The notes under the pieces are model-generated. The model searched no databases and had not been told where the DNA came from. It was given only the letters and a program-made list of their open reading frames with translations. Positions 24,879 to 32,000 of a stretch of 32,000 nucleotides of DNA are shown here, piece after piece. Position 1 is the stretch's first letter. Every line of letters begins with the position of its first letter. Source of the DNA: Candidatus Nanoarchaeia archaeon (lineage in GTDB: Archaea; Nanobdellota; Nanobdellia; Woesearchaeales; JANQNC01). A program made the translations under genes and the position numbers. The DNA is taken from the NCBI GenBank assembly GCA_028279745.1, contig JANQNC010000001.1, forward strand, positions 690,001-722,000, in the 5' to 3' direction.

Positions 24879-25298
24879 ATGAGAAAGTTTGCTTTAGCGA
24901 TTTTAGGATTGGCCTCAGTAGGTGGATTGCTTATTCTTATTTCTTCAATAATAAGCATAACATCTTCACTAATTAGGCGAGGTATCGTAGTTGATACCGA
25001 TCATTACATCAACATATGGATAGTGCTTCCAGTGGTCTTATTATGTTACTTGACTTACAAGCTATGGAGCGATCCAAGATTCTACAACAGATACAAAACC
25101 ACAGTAAATATGGCTACGTGGACTATTATTATCACAGTAGTACTGGCACTTCTTATGACATTAGTTCTCATAGTAACAAAATCAGATCCTATGGGATTGT
25201 TAATGGTTGGTACAGTATTGTTAATGGGTGCCGTTCTTTCATTTATACTTGCAATAATTGGATTTATGATAGATAGAAAACGCGTTAGTTCCAGATAG
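24879..25298 (+). CDS. integral membrane protein (4 TM), unknown function
   Basis: The track start is a TTG (24858). I prefer the ATG at 24879 (MRKFALAILGLASVGG..) because of the TATA spacing. Four hydrophobic helices. Confidence 0.55.
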   Translation: MRKFALAILGLASVGGLLILISSIISITSSLIRRGIVVDTDHYINIWIVLPVVLLCYLTYKLWSDPRFYNRYKTTVNMATWTIIITVVLALLMTLVLIVTKSDPMGLLMVGTVLLMGAVLSFILAIIGFMIDRKRVSSR

Positions 25299-25661
25299 TT
25301 CTCTAACAATTATATTGAATTACACATAAAAGTACAAAACAACAACTTTTATAAAGCCCCTAAAGATTTCTGACGTCACTTGAAAAAGGTGTTTAAATCG
25401 AAAAAACAAGGATTTAAACATGGTAAACGGGCGTTTAGGCACCATATAAAGAGTGGAATTGTGGATGGTTGAGAATTCTACCTCAGAAAATAAAATAAAA
25501 TATTTTCAAAGGAGTTGTATCAAAATCCATAAGAAACAAGGCTCTAAACAGACAATAATCAAAAAATAACTGCCTAAAACACAATAAGGAAAAGATAAAC
25601 TCCAGGTTAAGGGAGAAAATAGGCAAATTAAAGCTTAAAATCACAAAAATAGAGTAAAAAA

Positions 25662-26630
25662 ATGGCAAAAAGAAGAAATCCAAGACATGGAAGCATGCAG
25701 TTTTGGCCTAGAAATAGATCCAAAAGAGAGTATGCAAGAATAAGATATGTCGCAGGAGAAAATGATGTCAAACTAGTAGGCTTTGCAGGCTACAAAGTAG
25801 GAATGACACATGCTACAATCATAGACAATTCTAAAACAAGCCTAACAAAAGGAAAACCAATCAGTATGCCACTAACAATTGTAGAAACACCACCACTAAA
25901 GATAGCAGGTGTAAGGGTATACAAACAAACTGATGATGGACTAAAAGCAGTGACAGAAAAAATATCATCAAAAGTAGATAAAGAATTAGGAAGAAAAATC
26001 ACAATACCAAAAAAAGAATCACAAAAAGAAATCAAAGCAGAAGAATCTGACGAAGTAAGAGCAATAGTATACACACAACCAAAACTAACCACAATAGGAA
26101 AGAAAAAACCTGAAATCTTCGAAATGACTATCGGTGGAAAAGATAACAAGGCAAAATATGATTACATAATAGAAAACATCGGAAAAGAAATCAAAGTAAA
26201 TGATGCAATCGCAGAAGGACAATCAGTAGATATCCATGCAATAACAACTGGAAAAGGTTACCAAGGCGCAGTAAAAAGATTTGGAGTAGGAATAAGACAA
26301 CACAAATCAGAAAAACAAAAAAGAGGTCCAGGAAACAGAGGACCTTGGAAAGGCCAAGGACACATAATGTATAGAACTGCATATGCAGGAAAACAAGGAT
26401 ACTATCAAAGAACAGAATACAACAAATGGATTGTTAAAGTTGGAGACAAACCTGAAGAAGTAAACAACAAAGCAGGATTCAGAAAATACGGAGTTGTAAA
26501 AAACCAATACATACTAGTAAAAGGTTCGGTGGCAGGACCGAAAAAAAGAATCATAAGAATGGTTCCATGCTACAGACCAAATAACAAAATACCATCACAA
26601 GCACCAGAAATCAAATTTATTAGAAAATGA
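25662..26630 (+). CDS. rpl3: 50S ribosomal protein uL3
   Basis: 'PRHGSMQFWPR', 'FAGYKVGMTH', 'GKGYQGAVKRFGV' archaeal L3 blocks. Confidence 0.97.
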   Translation: MAKRRNPRHGSMQFWPRNRSKREYARIRYVAGENDVKLVGFAGYKVGMTHATIIDNSKTSLTKGKPISMPLTIVETPPLKIAGVRVYKQTDDGLKAVTEKISSKVDKELGRKITIPKKESQKEIKAEESDEVRAIVYTQPKLTTIGKKKPEIFEMTIGGKDNKAKYDYIIENIGKEIKVNDAIAEGQSVDIHAITTGKGYQGAVKRFGVGIRQHKSEKQKRGPGNRGPWKGQGHIMYRTAYAGKQGYYQRTEYNKWIVKVGDKPEEVNNKAGFRKYGVVKNQYILVKGSVAGPKKRIIRMVPCYRPNNKIPSQAPEIKFIRK

Positions 26631-27430
26631 AAGCAAAACTACAAACACTAGAAGGACAAAGCACACAAGAAGTAGAACTACCAAAACAGTTTGAAGAAGA
26701 AATTAGAGATGACCTAATCAAAAGAGCAGTCCTAGCAATACAATCACACAATATGCAAGCAGAAGGAGTAAATCCAGAAGCAGGAAAAAGAGCATCTGCA
26801 CAATTATCAAAAAGAAGAAGAAAATACAGAGGAATATACGGAAGAGGAGAATCAAGAACTCCAAGAAAAGTAATGAGTAGAAGTGGAACACAGTTCAACT
26901 ACACAGGAGCTTTCGCACCACAAACAGTAGGTGGAAGAAAAGCTCATCCATCAAAATCAGAAAAGATACCTGCATTAAAGATCAATAAAAAAGAAAAACA
27001 AAAAGCAATAAGATCAGCAATTGCAGCAACAGCAGACCTAGAACTCGTAAAAGCAAGAGGACACAAAACAGATTCTGCACCAATCATAGTAGAAGATAAA
27101 ATAGAAGAACTAAAGAAAACGGTTGATGTTAAAAAAGCGCTAAAAGCAATCAAACTAGACAAAGAACTAGAAAGAACAAAAGAGAAAAAAGTTAGAGCAG
27201 GAAAAGGAAAAGTTAGAGGAAGACCATACAAAAAGAAAAAAGGACCTCTATTAGTAGTATCCAAAAAATGCGACTTGGTAAAATCAGCAGTAAACATACC
27301 AGGTGTAGACATAATTAACGTTAAAGAACTAAACACAGAAGCACTAGCACCAGGAACACAACCTGGAAGATTAACAATATACACAAAATCAGCAATAGAA
27401 ATAATGGACAAGGAGAAACTATTCAAATGA
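26627..27430 (+). CDS. rpl4: 50S ribosomal protein uL4
   Basis: 'GKRASAQLSKRRRKYRGIYGRGESRTPRK', 'GGRKAHP'. Position in the operon. Confidence 0.95.
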   Translation: MKAKLQTLEGQSTQEVELPKQFEEEIRDDLIKRAVLAIQSHNMQAEGVNPEAGKRASAQLSKRRRKYRGIYGRGESRTPRKVMSRSGTQFNYTGAFAPQTVGGRKAHPSKSEKIPALKINKKEKQKAIRSAIAATADLELVKARGHKTDSAPIIVEDKIEELKKTVDVKKALKAIKLDKELERTKEKKVRAGKGKVRGRPYKKKKGPLLVVSKKCDLVKSAVNIPGVDIINVKELNTEALAPGTQPGRLTIYTKSAIEIMDKEKLFK

Positions 27431-27681
27431 AAACCACAATCCAATATCCATCCTCAACAGAAAAATCAATCAGGCTGATGGAATCAGAAAACAAACTTGT
27501 GTTTTTCGTAGACAAAAAAGCAACAAAAAAAGAAGTAAAAGACACATTAGAAAAAGAATTCAAAGTAAAAATAGATGAAGTAAACACAGTAATAACACAT
27601 AAAGGAAAAAAGAAAGCATATGTAAGATTATCACCAGAAACACCAGCAATAGATCTGGCAACACAACTGGGACTGATGTAA
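27427..27681 (+). CDS. rpl23: 50S ribosomal protein uL23
   Basis: 'LVFFVDKKATKKEVKDTLEKEFKVKIDEVNT...KKAYVRL'. Confidence 0.95.
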   Translation: MKTTIQYPSSTEKSIRLMESENKLVFFVDKKATKKEVKDTLEKEFKVKIDEVNTVITHKGKKKAYVRLSPETPAIDLATQLGLM

Positions 27682-27731
27682 CAATGAAAAATGAAACTTT
27701 TCAGTGCACAAAAACCAGGGGTTTTTGAAGA

Positions 27732-28442
27732 ATGGGTAAAAGACTAATACAACAAAGAAGAGGACGAGGAAGCATATTCCAATCACCAAGCTTTAGATAC
27801 TCAGGAGAAGCAAAACACATCACAGTATCAGACAAAGAAACAACAGGTGTGGTGAAAGAATTGATAAAAGTAGCATCACATTCAGCACCACTTGCAAAAG
27901 TAGTTTATGATAACGGAAAAGAAAATTTGATGATAGCATCAGAAGGAGTTAAACTAAAACAAAAAGTAAGTGTAGGTAATAAAGAAATCAAACAAGGAAA
28001 CACAATCAAACTAACAGACATCCCAGAAGGAACAACAGTATTTAACATAGAACTAAAACCAGGAGATGGTGGAAAACTAGTTAGAACTTCAGGAACATCA
28101 GCAAAAATAGTTGCAAAATCAAAAAACACAGTAACAATAGTACTGCCAAGCAAAAAACAAAAAATAGTAAACGCAGAATGCAGAGCAACAGTCGGAGTTG
28201 TTGCAGGCGGTGGAAGAACAGACAAACCACTAATGAAAGCAGGAAACCAGTTCCACAAGAGAAGAGCTAAGCAACAGTTATACCCAATCACAGGTGGATC
28301 CAAGATGAGTGCTTATGCGCACCCACTAGGAAACAAGAGAAGTTCAAGAAAATCAAAGAACAAACCTACACCTAAGAACGCTCCACCAGGAAGAAAAGTT
28401 GGAATGATCGGAGCAAGAAGAACAGGTAGGAAGAAAAGGTAA
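27732..28442 (+). CDS. rpl2: 50S ribosomal protein uL2
   Basis: 'GKRLIQQRRGRGS', 'PGDGGKLVRTSGTSA', 'GGGRTDKPLMKAG', 'HPLGNKR'. Confidence 0.97.
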   Translation: MGKRLIQQRRGRGSIFQSPSFRYSGEAKHITVSDKETTGVVKELIKVASHSAPLAKVVYDNGKENLMIASEGVKLKQKVSVGNKEIKQGNTIKLTDIPEGTTVFNIELKPGDGGKLVRTSGTSAKIVAKSKNTVTIVLPSKKQKIVNAECRATVGVVAGGGRTDKPLMKAGNQFHKRRAKQQLYPITGGSKMSAYAHPLGNKRSSRKSKNKPTPKNAPPGRKVGMIGARRTGRKKR

Positions 28443-28444
28443 AA

Positions 28445-28828
28445 ATGGCTAAAAAAGAATTCAGATTCCAAGGAAAAACAATAGAAGAGCTGAAAGCAAT
28501 GGACTTATCAGAGTTTATGCAGCTAACACACTCAACTGCAAGAAGAGTGCTTAAAAAAGGATACAGAGAATCAGGAAAAATACTGATGGAAAAAATAAAC
28601 AAGGGCGAACAAAACATAAAAACCCACAACAGAGAAGTTATCATAATCCCAAAAATGGTTGGAATGCAAATCAGAGTACACAACGGAAAAACATTCGAAC
28701 CAGTAGACATCCAACCTGAAATGGTAGGACACAGACTTGGTGAATTTTCACTAACACGAAAAAGAATAACACACACATCACCAGGAGTGGGAGCAACAAA
28801 ATCATCAGCGAACACAGGTAAGAAATAA
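28445..28828 (+). CDS. rps19: 30S ribosomal protein uS19
   Basis: 'FRFQGKTIEEL', 'ARRVLKKG', 'IRVHNGKTFEPVDIQPEMVGHRLGEFSLTRK'. Confidence 0.96.
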   Translation: MAKKEFRFQGKTIEELKAMDLSEFMQLTHSTARRVLKKGYRESGKILMEKINKGEQNIKTHNREVIIIPKMVGMQIRVHNGKTFEPVDIQPEMVGHRLGEFSLTRKRITHTSPGVGATKSSANTGKK

Positions 28829-28830
28829 AC

Positions 28831-29529
28831 ATGACATACAAATACGCAACCCAGGATAAAGGATTAGCAAAAGCAGTTGGAACAGACTTACCTATCTCAA
28901 CAAAAGCTACAAAAGAAATATGTAGAACAGTAAAAGGCAAAAACGTAGAAAGAGCAAGAAAGATACTACAAGACGCAGCAGAAAAGAAAAAAGCAATCCC
29001 ATACAAAACACACAATGGAGATGTAGGACACAAAAGAGGAATGGGGCCTGGAAGATACCCAATAAAAGCATCACAACACATAATGAAAATAATCGACTCA
29101 GCTGTTGCAAACGCGAGATTCCAAGGAATAAACACAAACAACCTAATAATCAAAAACATACTAGCACAAAAAGGTGCTGAAACATTCAAGTACGGGAGAC
29201 AAACCCGAAGAAGAACAAAAAGAACACACGTTGAAGTTGTTCTTGCAGAGGGAGCAGAGAAAAAAGGCGCTGCAAAGAAAGAAGAGAAGAAAGTTGAAGC
29301 AAAACCTGCTGAAAAGAAAGAGACAGCAAAAAAAGAAGTAGTTGAAAAAAAAACAGAACCTGCAGTTGCTGAAAAAAAGGAAGTTGCTGAGAAACCAAAA
29401 ACAGAACCTGTAAAGAAAGAAGAACAAAAACCAGCAGTTGTAGAAAAGAAAGAGGTTGTGAAAGAAGAACCTAAAAAAGAAAGTAAAACTCAAGATCAAA
29501 AAGAAAAACCAGAGGATAAAAAACAATGA
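28831..29529 (+). CDS. rpl22: 50S ribosomal protein uL22 with a ~90-aa Lys/Glu/Pro-rich C-terminal extension
   Basis: The core (aa 1-139) has 'ISTKATKEICRTVKGKNVERARKIL' and 'GPGRYP.KAS'. The tail from about aa 140 consists of (A/V)EKKE-type repeats. Confidence 0.93.
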   Translation: MTYKYATQDKGLAKAVGTDLPISTKATKEICRTVKGKNVERARKILQDAAEKKKAIPYKTHNGDVGHKRGMGPGRYPIKASQHIMKIIDSAVANARFQGINTNNLIIKNILAQKGAETFKYGRQTRRRTKRTHVEVVLAEGAEKKGAAKKEEKKVEAKPAEKKETAKKEVVEKKTEPAVAEKKEVAEKPKTEPVKKEEQKPAVVEKKEVVKEEPKKESKTQDQKEKPEDKKQ

Positions 29530-30311
29530 TAGAAAGAAACATCATTAAACAAAAGAAGAAAGAACTGTTAATCCAAGAATACATAGAAGCAAATGTAGGA
29601 AGAGCAGGACACTCACACACAAAAATAATCAAAACACCTCTAGGTGACAAAGTAGCGATAAGTGTAGCAAGACCAGGACTAATCGTAGGTAAAAAAGGTC
29701 AGAACATCAAAAAACTAACACAAGACCTAAAGAAAAAATTCAACCTTGAAAATCCACAATTGGAGCTTAATGAAGTAGCAGACATAAACTTAGATGCTAA
29801 AATCGTAGCAGAAAGAATAGTTAACTCATTAGAAAGATTCGGAGCATCACAGTTCAAAAGCATCGGACACAGAACAATGAGTGACGTGATGAATGCAGGC
29901 GCTCTAGGAGTAGAAATACTAATAGGTGGAAGAGGAGTTCCAGGAAGTAGAGCAAAAACATGGAGATTCTACCAAGGATACCTAAAAAAGTGCGGAGATG
30001 TAGCCGTGTCACAAGTACTAAGCGCAATATCAGTAGCACACCTAAAATCAGGAAGCATCGGCATCCAAGTAAAAATCATGCCGCCAGACCTAGTGCTACC
30101 AGACAAAATTACAATCAAAACCTCAATGGACGAAGAAGTAAAAGAAGAGGAGCCAAAGAAAAAAGCTAAGAAGAAAACAAAAAAGAAAGCGACAAAGAAA
30201 AAAGCAGTGAAGAAAGAGAAAAAGGAAGACAAAAAAGAAGAAGCGAAAGAGGAAGCAAAAGAAGCTCCTGAAGAAAAGAAAGAAGAGGCTCCAAAAGAGG
30301 ATAAAGAATGA
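29526..30311 (+). CDS. rps3: 30S ribosomal protein uS3 with a Lys/Glu-rich C-terminal tail
   Basis: KH domain 'RPGLIVGKKGQNIKKL', 'GALGVEILIGGR'. The tail from about aa 201 is K/E-rich. Confidence 0.95.
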   Translation: MIERNIIKQKKKELLIQEYIEANVGRAGHSHTKIIKTPLGDKVAISVARPGLIVGKKGQNIKKLTQDLKKKFNLENPQLELNEVADINLDAKIVAERIVNSLERFGASQFKSIGHRTMSDVMNAGALGVEILIGGRGVPGSRAKTWRFYQGYLKKCGDVAVSQVLSAISVAHLKSGSIGIQVKIMPPDLVLPDKITIKTSMDEEVKEEEPKKKAKKKTKKKATKKKAVKKEKKEDKKEEAKEEAKEAPEEKKEEAPKEDKE

Positions 30312-30493
30312 AAGGAAAAGAGTTCGCTAAAATGACCGCAGAAGAACTAGAGAAAAGACTAGACGAACTAAAAAAAGAAGTAATAAAACAAAATGCTCAA
30401 AGATCCTCAGGAACAAACCTAAAAAATCCTGGGCAACTTAAAACAGTCAGAAAAAACATTGCAAGAATACTGACTATACAAAACAAAAAATGA
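30308..30493 (+). CDS. rpl29: 50S ribosomal protein uL29
   Basis: '[17 protein letters not shown]......[15 protein letters not shown]'. Confidence 0.93.
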   Translation: MKGKEFAKMTAEELEKRLDELKKEVIKQNAQRSSGTNLKNPGQLKTVRKNIARILTIQNKK

Positions 30494-30801
30494 GTGAAGT
30501 ATGCACTAAGTGCGGATTACCAAAAGAACTTTGCGTTTGTGAAACAATCGCAAAGGAGAGCCAAACAATAACTGTAAGCATAGAAAAACGGAAGTTTGGC
30601 AAGAAGTACACCATTGTCGAGGGAATTGACGACGGACAGATCAACCTGAAAGAGCTGACAAAAAACCTGAAAAACAAGTTTGCCTGCGGAGGTACACTTA
30701 ACGGGAAAGTGATTGAGCTTCAGGGCGACCATAAACAAAAGGTAAAAGAAACCTTGATGGAACTTGGATTCGGTCCGGAAACAATCGAAGTCAAACAATA
30801 G
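30490..30801 (+). CDS. sui1: translation initiation factor aSUI1 (eIF1 homologue)
   Basis: '[14 protein letters not shown]', '[13 protein letters not shown]', '[10 protein letters not shown]...IELQGDH'. Confidence 0.93.
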   Translation: MSEVCTKCGLPKELCVCETIAKESQTITVSIEKRKFGKKYTIVEGIDDGQINLKELTKNLKNKFACGGTLNGKVIELQGDHKQKVKETLMELGFGPETIEVKQ

Positions 30802-30805
30802 ACAA

Positions 30806-31072
30806 ATGCACCTGAAAAACATAGTAAGGGCAGAGCTCATAGGAAAAACCGTAAAGGTACATGACGCAAAGAACCCCTCAATAAAAGACATGGAAGGAAA
30901 AATCGTTGACGAAACGAAACACACACTCAAAATACAAACAAAAAACGGAACAAAAACAATCATGAAAAATCAAGTCGTGCTCGACATAAAGCATGACAAA
31001 CACACAATAAGGATACAAGGCGAAAAAATAACAGGAAGAAGCGAAGAAAGAATCAAAAAAAAGGTTAAGTGA
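30806..31072 (+). CDS. rnp1: RNase P protein component 1 (Rpp29/Pop4)
   Basis: 'LIGKTVKVHDAKNPSIKDMEGKIVDETKHTLKIQT' is the Rpp29 Sm-like barrel. The track TTG start (30764) overlaps sui1, so I prefer the ATG at 30806. Canonical operon position. Confidence 0.85.
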   Translation: MHLKNIVRAELIGKTVKVHDAKNPSIKDMEGKIVDETKHTLKIQTKNGTKTIMKNQVVLDIKHDKHTIRIQGEKITGRSEERIKKKVK

Positions 31073-31078
31073 AATAAA

Positions 31079-31420
31079 ATGGCAACAGAAGCAAAAAACA
31101 TCGGAATTGAAGTAAACAAACCAAAAGAAAACTGTGGAGACAAAAACTGTCCTTTCTGCGGTAGCGTAAAAATAAGAGGAAAGATCTTCGTAGGTAGAGT
31201 TATATCCGATAAAATGAACAAAACAGCAACAATCGAATGGGAAAGAAAACATTACATCCCAAAATATGAAAGATACGAAAAAAGAAGAACAAGAGTAAAA
31301 GCACACAATCCAAACTGCATCAAAGCAAAAACAAACGACATAGTAAAAATAGGTGAATGCAGACCACTAAGTAAGACAAAACGATTCATAATACTAGAAA
31401 AACAAACACAAGAGGAATAA
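31079..31420 (+). CDS. rps17: 30S ribosomal protein uS17
   Basis: 'CGDKNCPFCGSVKIRGKIFVGRVISDKM.KT', 'HNPNCIKAK.ND.V.IGECRPLSKTK'. Confidence 0.95.
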   Translation: MATEAKNIGIEVNKPKENCGDKNCPFCGSVKIRGKIFVGRVISDKMNKTATIEWERKHYIPKYERYEKRRTRVKAHNPNCIKAKTNDIVKIGECRPLSKTKRFIILEKQTQEE

Positions 31421-31421
31421 A

Positions 31422-31823
31422 ATGAAAGCAGTAGACTCCAACATAGTAAAATCATTACCAACAGGATGTTTGGTATCAACTTGTGATAACTCTGGAGCTA
31501 AAATGTTGAAAGTGTTTTCAGTTAAAGGCCACAACACAGTAAAAGGAAAATCACCTGCAGCAGGAGTTGGAGATATGGTGATGGCATCAGTAGTAAAAGG
31601 AAGACCTGATGTAAGAAAAACCGTTGTAATGGCGGTAATTGTAAGACAAAAGAAAGAATACAAAAGAAGTGATGGAACAAGAGTCAAATTCGAAGATAAC
31701 GCAGCAGTTGTACTAAAAGATGAAAAAGGAAACCCAAAAGGAACCTTATTCAAAGGAGCAATAGCAAAAGAGGCAACTGAGAAATGGCCAGGAATCGCAA
31801 AGCTGGCGAGGATAGTGGTATAA
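31422..31823 (+). CDS. rpl14: 50S ribosomal protein uL14
   Basis: 'CDNSGAK', 'GDMVMASVVKG', 'RSDGTRVKFEDNAAV'. Confidence 0.96.
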   Translation: MKAVDSNIVKSLPTGCLVSTCDNSGAKMLKVFSVKGHNTVKGKSPAAGVGDMVMASVVKGRPDVRKTVVMAVIVRQKKEYKRSDGTRVKFEDNAAVVLKDEKGNPKGTLFKGAIAKEATEKWPGIAKLARIVV

Positions 31824-31824
31824 A

Positions 31825-32000
31825 ATGGCAGGAATATTTAGCACAAGCTGGAAAGCAAGCAAAGATCCAAGAAAACAGAAAAAATACAGATTCAATGCTC
31901 CAACACAGACAGCAGCAAAAATGATGTCATCAAGATTAGCAAAAGAGCTTAAAGAAAAGATAGGTAAAAGAGCCTTACCCGTAAGAACAGGAGATAAAGT
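31825..32000 (+). CDS. rpl24: 50S ribosomal protein uL24, 3'-truncated by the window edge
   Basis: 'SKDPRKQKKYRFNAP', 'LSSRLAKELKEK.GKRALPVRTGDKV'. Operon position. Confidence 0.9.
   Translation, partial: MAGIFSTSWKASKDPRKQKKYRFNAPTQTAAKMMSSRLAKELKEKIGKRALPVRTGDK

Noticed and set aside
25016-25309. Overlapping ORFs 25016..25276 (+) and 25082..25309 (-) within the 4-TM membrane protein gene
   Set aside because: Only the 24879..25298 frame yields regular hydrophobic helices and a correctly spaced TATA box. The others are frame or strand shadows.
25465-25569. 34-aa ORF (MVENSTSENKIKYFQRSCIKIHKKQGSKQTIIKK) in the long leader upstream of rpl3
   Set aside because: No SD or properly spaced TATA box, and the composition matches the surrounding A-rich non-coding DNA. 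I treat it as chance unless it proves conserved.
26944-29526. Series of antisense ORFs (26944..27444, 27905..28303, 28372..28815, 28671..29189, 29161..29526 and others) across the ribosomal-protein operon
   Set aside because: All overlap highly conserved ribosomal protein frames. Their translations are Phe/Leu/Cys/Ser-rich junk generated by AAG/GAA-rich sense codons.

Overview
AT-rich, very gene-dense segment (about 90% coding, many 1-4 nt gene overlaps). It reads as archaeal and most resembles a reduced-genome DPANN-type archaeon. Evidence: (i) an archaeal ribosomal-protein operon, uL3-uL4-uL23-uL2-uS19-uL22-uS3-uL29-aSUI1-Rpp29-uS17-uL14-uL24 (25662 to window end); (ii) an intron-containing tRNA-Leu(CAA) with a bulge-helix-bulge splice motif; (iii) Hef helicase/nuclease; (iv) a single-polypeptide PriS-PriL(CTD) primase; (v) TrmI; (vi) TTTATA-type TATA boxes at a fixed ~30 nt from start codons, implying leaderless mRNAs. 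Other recognisable genes: gyrA, scpB, htpX, an M50 site-2 protease, a TraB-family protein, a Nudix hydrolase, two tandem NDT-like paralogues, a 2H phosphoesterase, DUF99, a 2TM-RCK channel-like protein, a lamin-tail-domain surface protein, a PKD lipoprotein-like surface protein, and a bacterial-type PAPS-synthesis pair (cysD, cysN/cysC fusion) near a sulfotransferase. I saw no CRISPR array, transposase, integrase or obvious prophage. No canonical defence system is recognisable. The best candidates for undescribed biology are: a translationally coupled triad of coiled-coil proteins sharing a private domain (3462-4724); the PAPS/sulfotransferase module; a TraB-S2P-small membrane protein cluster; the Nudix/NDT-like tandem; and an unknown wHTH protein in the scpA position. 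All functional calls come from motif recognition by eye, with no searches run. The many long antisense ORFs in the track are shadows of purine-rich coding strands.
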